This document shows, piece by piece, positions 57,290 through 64,000 of a DNA stretch of 64,000 nt. A program made the position numbers and the translations under genes. Numbering within the stretch: the first letter of the stretch is position 1; the number at the start of each line of letters is the position of its first letter. The notes under the pieces were generated by a model. The model ran no database searches. It saw only the letters and a program-made list of their open reading frames with translations, and was not told the DNA's origin. The stretch is from Deltaproteobacteria bacterium. GTDB taxonomy: Bacteria > Desulfobacterota > Syntrophia > Syntrophales > Smithellaceae. The stretch is taken from NCBI GenBank assembly GCA_022703375.1, contig JAKLDS010000001.1, positions 13,540-77,539 on the forward strand. The letters are read 5' to 3'.

Positions 57290-58069
57290 ATGGAAAAACG
57301 TTTTGTAGATCTTAGTATCGCCATAGAAGCTGATTTGCCTTGTGATCCTCCCATGATGATTCCCCGGATTGATTACGTCGATCATGTCCGCGGGGCTGCC
57401 CAGATGATGGATTTTTTTCCGGGTCTCAGCCGGGAGCAACTTCCCGGAGGACTGGGCTGGTCAATTGAAACACTGACGCTGACATCGCACAGTGGAACTC
57501 ACCTCGATGCCCCTTATCACTATCACCCCACCCAGGATAAAGGAAAGCCTGCCCTTACAATTGATGAGATTCCCCTCGAGTGGTGCATGAGCGACGGAGT
57601 TATTCTGGATTTTCGTCATAAGGACGATGGCGAACGGATTACCGCGGCAGACGTGGAAAAGGAATTGGATAAAATCGGCTATCAGCTCAAGCCCCTCGAC
57701 ATTGTCCTTGTTCAGACCGGAGCCGATGCCGCCTGGGGAACGCCGCAATACCTGGTCAAGGGGCCCGGCATGACCCGGGAGAGCACCCTGTATCTCACCG
57801 AAAGGGGCATCCGGGTTGTCGGTATTGACGCCTGGAGCTGGGACCGTCCGTTGCCGTTTCTGGCCAGAGAGTTCAGGGAAAAAGGCAATCCCGAAGTTAT
57901 CTGGGAAGCGCACTTTGCGGGAATTGATATCGGGTACTGTCACATGGAAAAAATGGCAAACCTGGCTGCCATCGGCAGATCCTATGGCTTTACGGTCTGC
58001 TGTTTTCCTGTAAAAATTAAAGGTGCATCCGCCGGCTGGTGCCGTCCGGTTGCTATCGTTAATCCATAA
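57290..58069 (+). CDS. Cyclase family protein (kynurenine formamidase-like amidohydrolase) 1
   Basis: HSGTHLDAPYHY metal-binding motif; 259 aa; RBS agaggagg. Confidence 0.8.
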   Translation: MEKRFVDLSIAIEADLPCDPPMMIPRIDYVDHVRGAAQMMDFFPGLSREQLPGGLGWSIETLTLTSHSGTHLDAPYHYHPTQDKGKPALTIDEIPLEWCMSDGVILDFRHKDDGERITAADVEKELDKIGYQLKPLDIVLVQTGADAAWGTPQYLVKGPGMTRESTLYLTERGIRVVGIDAWSWDRPLPFLAREFREKGNPEVIWEAHFAGIDIGYCHMEKMANLAAIGRSYGFTVCCFPVKIKGASAGWCRPVAIVNP

Positions 58070-58086
58070 ATCAAGGAGTAAATACA

Positions 58087-59010
58087 ATGTCAAGAAAAGC
58101 AATTTTTACTGCGGCCATTACGGGAGGAATTCATACACCCACGATGACCCCTTATCTGCCGATTACACCGAAGCAGATTGCTGATGAAACAGTCAGGGCC
58201 TGGGAGGCCGGAGCATCCGTTGCCCATATCCATGTGAGAAACCCCGAAACAGGTCAGCCGGCTTCATCACTGGAGCTTTACCGCGAAGTCATCACCGATA
58301 TAAAATCTCGTTGTGACATCGTTCTTTGCATAACGACAGGCGGTGGGCTTGGCATGTCCACAGAACAGCGTGTGGCGGTGCTTCCCGCGTTCGAACCCGA
58401 ACTGGGATCATTTAATTTCGGATCAATCAACGTAGCTTTGTTCCCTCTGCTGTCTAAATACAGCGATTTTAAATTTCCCTGGGAGCCGGCTTATCTTGCC
58501 ATGACGGAAGATTATATTTTCCCCAATACATTTAAGAGCCTCAGGGAGTTTTCGGCGGTTTTTGAAAAGTATGGAACGAAGCCGGAAATCGAAATCTATG
58601 ATGTGGCTATGATCAACAATCTGGCTTACATGATTGAAAAAGGACACATTAAGAAACCCGTCTATCTCCAGTTTGTCATGGGCCTGTTGGGTGGCATCCC
58701 CGCCACAATCGAGAATCTGATGTTTCTTTACAAAACCGCGAAAGAAACAATCGGAGATTTTGTCTGGTCGGTCTGTGCTGCGGGTAAAAATCAATTAAAT
58801 ATGGGCACGGCCGCTCTTTTGCTGGGCGGAAACGTTAGGGTAGGCATGGAAGACAGCCTTTATGCGGGCAAGGGAACTTTGGCCAAAAGCAATGCCGAAC
58901 AGGTGGAAAACATTGTGCGGATTGCACGTCTGCTGGGTGTTGAACCCACAACTCCTGACGAGACCAGAAAGATATTGGGACTCAAAGGGCTGGACAAAGT
59001 AAAATATTAA
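58087..59010 (+). CDS. BKACE family enzyme (3-keto-5-aminohexanoate cleavage enzyme-like, DUF849)
   Basis: N-terminus IFTAAITGGIHTPTMTPYLPITPKQIADETVRAWEAGASVAHIHVR is typical of the beta-keto acid cleavage enzyme family; 307 aa. Confidence 0.85.
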   Translation: MSRKAIFTAAITGGIHTPTMTPYLPITPKQIADETVRAWEAGASVAHIHVRNPETGQPASSLELYREVITDIKSRCDIVLCITTGGGLGMSTEQRVAVLPAFEPELGSFNFGSINVALFPLLSKYSDFKFPWEPAYLAMTEDYIFPNTFKSLREFSAVFEKYGTKPEIEIYDVAMINNLAYMIEKGHIKKPVYLQFVMGLLGGIPATIENLMFLYKTAKETIGDFVWSVCAAGKNQLNMGTAALLLGGNVRVGMEDSLYAGKGTLAKSNAEQVENIVRIARLLGVEPTTPDETRKILGLKGLDKVKY

Positions 59011-59032
59011 TTGCTACGGGAGAGTTAAGAAA

Positions 59033-59803
59033 ATGATCGGCAATATAGAAATAATTGATTTGAGTGTGCCTACGGAGGAGAGCCCGAGCGAGGCGCTTTC
59101 TCTCAAGGTAATCCATCAGTCACATAAGGAAACAGCCCCTGTTCTGGCAAAATTTTTCGGCTGCGAAGAGAAGGATCTCCGGGATGGCCTGGGCTATGCC
59201 AATGACAGTGTGGAAATGATATCCCATTCCGGCACCCATCTTGATGCCCCCTGGCATTATGCTCCCCGGAGCGAGGGAAAAAAAGCTAAAACTATTGATG
59301 AGATTCCCCTTACGTGGTGTTACAGCGACGGCGTGGTTCTGGATTTCCGGCAAAAGCAACGAGGAGCAGTCATTACCAGCGAGGATTTGCAAAAGGAACT
59401 GGAGCGCATTGGTTATAAGTTAAAACCGTTCGACATTGTTCTTATTATGACGGGCGCCGATAAATTTTGGGGAAAAGCTGAATACTTTGATGCGGGTTGC
59501 GGTATGGGCAGGGAATCAACGCTCTGGCTTGTGGAAAAAGGCATCCGGGTTATGGGGATTGATTCCTGGGGATGGGACAGGCCTTTCTGGGCAATCAAAA
59601 AGGCTTTTGCCGAGACGGGAGACCGGAAAATTCTGTGGGAGGCTCATCTGGCAGGCATTGAACGGGAATATTGCCATCTGGAAAAGCTGGCTAATCTGGA
59701 TAAGCTGCCCCGACCGTTCGGTTTTAAGATTGCCTGTTTCCCCGTGAAACTTACCGGAGGCAGCGCCGGCTGGTGCCGGGCAGTGGCCATAATGGATAAA
59801 TAA
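59033..59803 (+). CDS. Cyclase family protein (kynurenine formamidase-like amidohydrolase) 2
   Basis: HSGTHLDAPWHY motif. It is a clear paralogue of 57290-58069 and collinear over the whole length (e.g. TIDEIPL.WC.SDGV.LDF, GIRV.GID.W.WDRP, SAGWCR.VAI). Confidence 0.8.
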   Translation: MIGNIEIIDLSVPTEESPSEALSLKVIHQSHKETAPVLAKFFGCEEKDLRDGLGYANDSVEMISHSGTHLDAPWHYAPRSEGKKAKTIDEIPLTWCYSDGVVLDFRQKQRGAVITSEDLQKELERIGYKLKPFDIVLIMTGADKFWGKAEYFDAGCGMGRESTLWLVEKGIRVMGIDSWGWDRPFWAIKKAFAETGDRKILWEAHLAGIEREYCHLEKLANLDKLPRPFGFKIACFPVKLTGGSAGWCRAVAIMDK

Positions 59804-59817
59804 AATTTGAGGCGCAA

Positions 59818-60570
59818 ATGGATTCAACAGAAAATGTAATTTTAAGCGGCAAAAAAATAACCAAGCGTTTCGGCGGCCTGACGGCTTTGTCTGAGGTTGA
59901 TTTCGATGTCCGGCGCGGCGAGATCGTCGGGCTTATCGGACCAAACGGTTCGGGAAAGACGACGCTCTTTAATGTCATCTCCGGTATTTACGATCCCGAA
60001 AACGGTGATTTGTTTTTCGGGAACCGGAAAATAACATCCATGTCGCCTCATAAGCGGGCGTGTTTGGGTATCGGCCGCACTTTTCAGATTGTCCGGCCTC
60101 TCGCCGGCCTGAATCTTATCGAAAATGTCGCCACAGGAGTTCTTTACGGCCGCGAAAAAAAGACAGGCGCCCGGGAAGCAAGGGAAAGAGCATTGGAAAT
60201 TCTATCCTTTACCGGTTTGAGTGACCGGGCCAGCAAGCTTCCCGGTGAATTGATTCTGGAAGACCGCAAGCGCCTGGAAATTGCCCGCGCGCTTGCCCTC
60301 CATCCGGAGCTTTTGCTGCTCGACGAGGTCTTTGCCGGTCTGAACAAAACAGAAATCGGCGCTGCCATTGATCTGACTTTCCGGATCAGAGAGGAATACG
60401 GCACAACTATTTTTATGATTGAGCATGTGATGAAGGCAATAATGAGCACCTGCAGCCGCATCATAGTGCTTAATTTCGGGATAAAACTGACCGAAGGATC
60501 GCCGGATGAAGTTGCCAATCATCCTGAGGTAATTTCCGCTTATTTGGGGGGCGCCTATGCTAAGTGTTGA
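59818..60570 (+). CDS. ABC transporter ATP-binding protein (LivG-like)
   Basis: Walker A GPNGSGKTT and Walker B LLLDEV, with a branched-chain amino acid type C-terminus (EVISAYLG). Confidence 0.9.
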   Translation: MDSTENVILSGKKITKRFGGLTALSEVDFDVRRGEIVGLIGPNGSGKTTLFNVISGIYDPENGDLFFGNRKITSMSPHKRACLGIGRTFQIVRPLAGLNLIENVATGVLYGREKKTGAREARERALEILSFTGLSDRASKLPGELILEDRKRLEIARALALHPELLLLDEVFAGLNKTEIGAAIDLTFRIREEYGTTIFMIEHVMKAIMSTCSRIIVLNFGIKLTEGSPDEVANHPEVISAYLGGAYAKC

Positions 60571-61261
60571 AAACCTGACAGTCTGTTACGGCCAGATGAA
60601 GGCCCTGCGCAGTGTATCCATCGAAATTTCCGCAGGCCAGATGGTTGCCCTCATCGGAGCCAACGGTTCGGGTAAGACAACTCTTTTGAACGCCATCTCC
60701 GGGCTTGTTCCGATAGAAGAAGGCAGGATTATCTGGGAGGATCAGTCGCTGAATGGCTTTCCTCCCGACAAGTTATGCCGGAAGGGAATTATTCAGGTCC
60801 CGGAAGGTCGCAAGCTGTTTCCCAGCATGACGGTGGAAGAAAATCTGATTATGGGAGCTTATCATCCCAACGTCCGTAAAAAGGCGCAGGAATCTCTGCA
60901 GAAAGTCTTTTCATCCTTCCCGCGTCTGGCAGACCGTCGCCGCCAGTTTGCCGGCAGCCTCTCCGGCGGGGAACAGCAAATGGTGGCAATGGGACGGGCA
61001 CTGATGGCCAAACCCCGCCTTCTTATGCTCGACGAACCTTCTCTGGGGCTCTCTCCGAAGGCGGCGGCGGAGATTTTTGAAATAATCAGGGAACTAAACA
61101 AAGAGGGAATAACGATTCTGCTGGTATCCCAGGAGGTTATGCAAACCCTGGCAATTACTACTTACGGATATGTCTTGGAAAACGGAGTCCTGGTTTTGCA
61201 GGGCGATTGCAAGCAATTGCAGGAAGACCCGAAAGTCAAGACTTCCTATTTAGGAATGTAA
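60557..61261 (+). CDS. ABC transporter ATP-binding protein (LivF-like)
   Basis: Walker A GANGSGKTT, signature LSGGEQQM, Walker B LMLDEP, and C-terminal VKTSYLG. Confidence 0.9.
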   Translation: MLSVENLTVCYGQMKALRSVSIEISAGQMVALIGANGSGKTTLLNAISGLVPIEEGRIIWEDQSLNGFPPDKLCRKGIIQVPEGRKLFPSMTVEENLIMGAYHPNVRKKAQESLQKVFSSFPRLADRRRQFAGSLSGGEQQMVAMGRALMAKPRLLMLDEPSLGLSPKAAAEIFEIIRELNKEGITILLVSQEVMQTLAITTYGYVLENGVLVLQGDCKQLQEDPKVKTSYLGM

Positions 61262-61297
61262 ACCGAATCATGAAAGCTTGGGAAAGGAGATTTAGTG

Positions 61298-62506
61298 ATG
61301 AAAGTAAAAAGGGGTAATTTTTTTTCGTTGCTGGTGATTGCGGCAATCATTTGTAGCTTCACTCTGATGACTCCCGCGGTCGGGTTTAGCGCGGGGAAAC
61401 CAATTGTTATCGGCGGCTCTTTGCCCCTGACGGGAGCATACGCTGAAACAGGGCAATGGATTGAAAAAGGCATGCGCTTCTGGGCGGATGAAATCAATTC
61501 TAAAGGCGGGATGTTGGGCCGCACCGTAGAATTTAAAATCTATGATGACCAGTCCGATGTCGGGAAGGCCGTTACCTTTGCCGAAAAGGCCATTACCGTG
61601 GACAAAGTTGACCTGCTCTTTGGCGGTTATCCCGGCACCGCAGCCCGGGCTGTCATGCCCGTGGCGGAAAAACACAAATTTGTATATGTCTCCATGGGAG
61701 GCCATATGAAGAGCTTCGAGCAGGGCTATACCTACTCGTTCGGCGCTCCGCCCCTGATGGGTGAGTGGTGGTATGAAGGATTCTTCCATTGGCTGGCGAC
61801 TGTTCCGGCAGACAAGCGGCCCAAGAGGGCAGCCGTTTACACAATAAATAATCCGGTTGGCCTTTCGTTAATGGACTCTATTAACCGCTGGACGAAGAAA
61901 CTGAATATCGAAATCGTAATCAATGAGAAGTATAATGCTCCGCTCACCGATGCTACAGCCCTGATAGTTAAGGCCAAGCAGTCGAGATGCGACATCCTTT
62001 TTGCCAATGGCTTTTTCCCTGATGGAGTTACGACTATGAAGGCGGCCAAAGCCCTTGGATACAACCCTAAAGCCATTGTGCAGGGAATCGGTTCCGTTGT
62101 TCCCGCGTGGGTCAAGGAACTGGGAAAAGACGGTGACTATGTCTTTTCCGGAACCTGTTTGTCCGGACAGCTTAGCTACCCCGGCAATGACAAGCTCAAC
62201 GCCTATGTCAAGAAGACATACAATCTGAACGAGTATCCTCTTTACTTTGGCTTCGGTTATTCCTGGATGCAGACTCTGGAGCAGGCAGTGGCGGGGGCCA
62301 AAGTTCTGGACCAGACTAAGATTCGCGATTGGCTGAAGGCAAATAAAGTAAATACCATTGCCGGACCAATGACCTTTGATAAACGCGGTTTGCCGGAACC
62401 GATTAACTTCGGGACGCAGATTATCAATGGCAAGGTCGAATTGATTTCACCGAAAAACGTTCAGACGAAAGAGCCGGTCTATCCGAAACCGGCCTGGGAA
62501 AAATAG
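61298..62506 (+). CDS. ABC transporter substrate-binding protein (LivK/type I periplasmic binding fold)
   Basis: Signal peptide followed by PIVIGGSLPLTGAYAETGQ, typical of Leu/Ile/Val-binding family receptors. RBS aaggag. Confidence 0.85.
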   Translation: MKVKRGNFFSLLVIAAIICSFTLMTPAVGFSAGKPIVIGGSLPLTGAYAETGQWIEKGMRFWADEINSKGGMLGRTVEFKIYDDQSDVGKAVTFAEKAITVDKVDLLFGGYPGTAARAVMPVAEKHKFVYVSMGGHMKSFEQGYTYSFGAPPLMGEWWYEGFFHWLATVPADKRPKRAAVYTINNPVGLSLMDSINRWTKKLNIEIVINEKYNAPLTDATALIVKAKQSRCDILFANGFFPDGVTTMKAAKALGYNPKAIVQGIGSVVPAWVKELGKDGDYVFSGTCLSGQLSYPGNDKLNAYVKKTYNLNEYPLYFGFGYSWMQTLEQAVAGAKVLDQTKIRDWLKANKVNTIAGPMTFDKRGLPEPINFGTQIINGKVELISPKNVQTKEPVYPKPAWEK

Positions 62507-62507
62507 C

Positions 62508-63386
62508 ATGGACGCTGTTCTTATCTTTCAGTCTCTGATCAGCGGGATTATGATGGGCATGGTCTACGCCCTGCTGGGCGTAGGCTTTTCCCTGACGTGG
62601 GGAGTGATGCATGTGATTCACATTTCTCATGGCGCATTCGGGCTTTTGGGCGCATATGCAGCCTACAGCCTCCTGCAGTACTTCGGGGTGGATCCTATTG
62701 CTTCGGCGGCAATGTCCGTGCCGCTGCTGTTCCTTATGGCCTGCGGGCTGTATCAACTTCTCATCAGGCCCATCACCAGAGCAAAGAATATTATTATGGC
62801 GTCAATGATTCTAACCTTTGGTCTGGCCATCATTCTGGAAAATATCATGGCCCTCATCTGGAAAGCGGATCCACGGGTTCTGACCCCTGCCTATTCCAGC
62901 GGCGCCTTAATCGTGGGCCCTTTCTATTTTCAGTATCCTCACCTCGTCGGTTTCGGTCTGTCCCTTGTGGGGATTACGGCTCTTTATCTCTTTCTGAAAA
63001 AAACATACACGGGGATGGCTGTAAGGGCAGCCTGGCAACAGCCCGAAGCCGCCAGGCTTTATGGTGTCAACCTGTTTCAGATCAGCATGATCACCTTTGC
63101 CCTTGCCGTCTCCACGGCCGGGGCAGGGGGGATCTGTCTGGCTCTCCTTAACTCATTTGAGCCCCATTCGCATAATCTCTGGCTGATCTACCTCTTTCTT
63201 GTTGTCATTGTGGGCGGTGTAGGCAATGTCATCGGCACGGCTCTGGCGGGACTGATTATCGGCGTAATCACCGGACTCTCCATGGCCTTTCTACCCTTCC
63301 AGTGGGTAAACCTGGTGACCTTCGGCCTTCTCATGGTATTTCTCATTTTCCGACCCCACGGAATCTTTAAGCAGGAGGGGTTATGA
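62508..63386 (+). CDS. ABC transporter permease (LivH-like)
   Basis: 292-aa polytopic protein with the N-terminus LISGIMMGMVYALLGVGFSLTWGVM typical of LivH. Confidence 0.9.
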   Translation: MDAVLIFQSLISGIMMGMVYALLGVGFSLTWGVMHVIHISHGAFGLLGAYAAYSLLQYFGVDPIASAAMSVPLLFLMACGLYQLLIRPITRAKNIIMASMILTFGLAIILENIMALIWKADPRVLTPAYSSGALIVGPFYFQYPHLVGFGLSLVGITALYLFLKKTYTGMAVRAAWQQPEAARLYGVNLFQISMITFALAVSTAGAGGICLALLNSFEPHSHNLWLIYLFLVVIVGGVGNVIGTALAGLIIGVITGLSMAFLPFQWVNLVTFGLLMVFLIFRPHGIFKQEGL

Positions 63387-64000
63387 TGAATAAATACTAT
63401 CCCGCCGCACTGGCAATTCTCATCATCCTTTTAGCCGCATTCCCTGCCATCGGGCCGGAGGTCTATTATCTTTCTTTCATGTTCTCCGTTTTCATGTATG
63501 TCATCCTGGCCTCCTCGTGGAATTTCATCGGCGGCTACGCCGGTTACCTGTCTTTCGGCCATGCCGCTTTCTTCGGCATCGGGGCCTTTGCCACAGCGAA
63601 AATGGCGACAGTGTTTCAGTTGCCGCCTCTGCTGACAATGCTGGCCTCTATACCGGCCGGCGGCATAGCCGCATTGATTGCGCTGATTGTCGGCTACCCC
63701 TGTCTTAAAATTCGGGGACCATATTTTTCCGTCGTGACCCTCTGTTTTGCCTTTGTTGTAGATCTGGCGGTGAAAAACATCGAGTATCTGGGCGGCGCCG
63801 AAGGCCTCTGGATGAAGTTTATGGACCTTCCGGAAAAGACAGCCCGTACCATTATGTATGAAGCCATGCTTCTGCTCATGGTGATTACGCTGGCCGCATC
63901 CTGGTTTCTCGGACGTTCCCGCTTCGGCACCGGGCTCACGGCAATTCGTTCCGACGAAGAGGTGGCGGAAACCATGGCTGTCCCTACAGCTATGCTCAAG
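63383..64000 (+). CDS. ABC transporter permease (LivM-like), 3' end outside window
   Basis: ATG at 63383 overlaps the LivH stop (ATGA). The frame is open to the window end (206 codons): MMNKYYPAALAIL...SWNFIGGYAGYLSFGHAAFFGIGAF... This ORF is not in the ORF track because no stop codon falls inside the window. Confidence 0.85.
   Translation, partial: MMNKYYPAALAILIILLAAFPAIGPEVYYLSFMFSVFMYVILASSWNFIGGYAGYLSFGHAAFFGIGAFATAKMATVFQLPPLLTMLASIPAGGIAALIALIVGYPCLKIRGPYFSVVTLCFAFVVDLAVKNIEYLGGAEGLWMKFMDLPEKTARTIMYEAMLLLMVITLAASWFLGRSRFGTGLTAIRSDEEVAETMAVPTAMLK

Noticed and set aside
57461-58102. 213-aa minus-strand ORF
   Set aside because: It is antisense to the cyclase gene, which carries the HSGTHLDAPYHY motif and a strong RBS. 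The antisense product has no recognisable features.

Overview
This 64-kb window looks like chromosomal, mostly housekeeping DNA from an anaerobic Gram-negative bacterium. The gene content (rubrerythrin, 2-oxoacid:ferredoxin oxidoreductase, a sigma-54 activator, a B12-radical SAM enzyme, TRAP, RND and Pst transporters) suggests a Desulfobacterota/deltaproteobacterium-like organism, but that is inference only. About 70 coding genes are supported. They include a 5'-partial SDR, a TRAP transporter (dctPQM-like) and an orphan fdhE-like gene. One long minus-strand run carries porD-porA-porB-like OFOR genes, then phoB-pstSCAB-phoU-phoR. Also present are mtaD, a split his cluster (hisI-hisG-hisB-x-hisA), HIT, YqeY, dnaG-rpoD and tRNA-Met(CAT). 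Further genes are a COG1579 zinc-ribbon protein with RNase HI, a TetR-controlled RND efflux operon with two tandem TolC-like genes, rubrerythrin, tRNA-Leu(CAG), ribF, asd, a B12-radical SAM enzyme, a frameshifted FMN reductase, kup and a TPP-riboswitch-led thiN-thiD-thiC cluster. The window ends with a sigma-54-dependent operon encoding an MBL hydrolase, a cyclase, a BKACE enzyme, a second cyclase and a Liv-type ABC transporter. No CRISPR array, transposase, integrase or prophage genes were seen. Seven observations deserve a second look. (1) A modular intergenic repeat family built of TAATGAGAC plus a hairpin occurs at four loci, and its 5' boundary TTAATGAGAC coincides exactly with the stop codon of three genes. 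(2) The rpoD gene has a non-canonical C-terminus lacking a recognisable region 4.2 helix-turn-helix. (3) The TPP riboswitch carries a ~110-nt inserted hairpin and is separated from its thi genes by a repeat copy and a ~190-nt extended hairpin. (4) A G9 homopolymer tract frameshifts an FMN reductase gene. (5) The sigma-54 catabolic operon is uncharacterised. (6) A perfect 2 x 59-bp tandem duplication sits in a long intergenic region. (7) The RND operon has tandem outer-membrane factors. All calls rest on reading the sequence and ORF translations by eye; no database searches were run.
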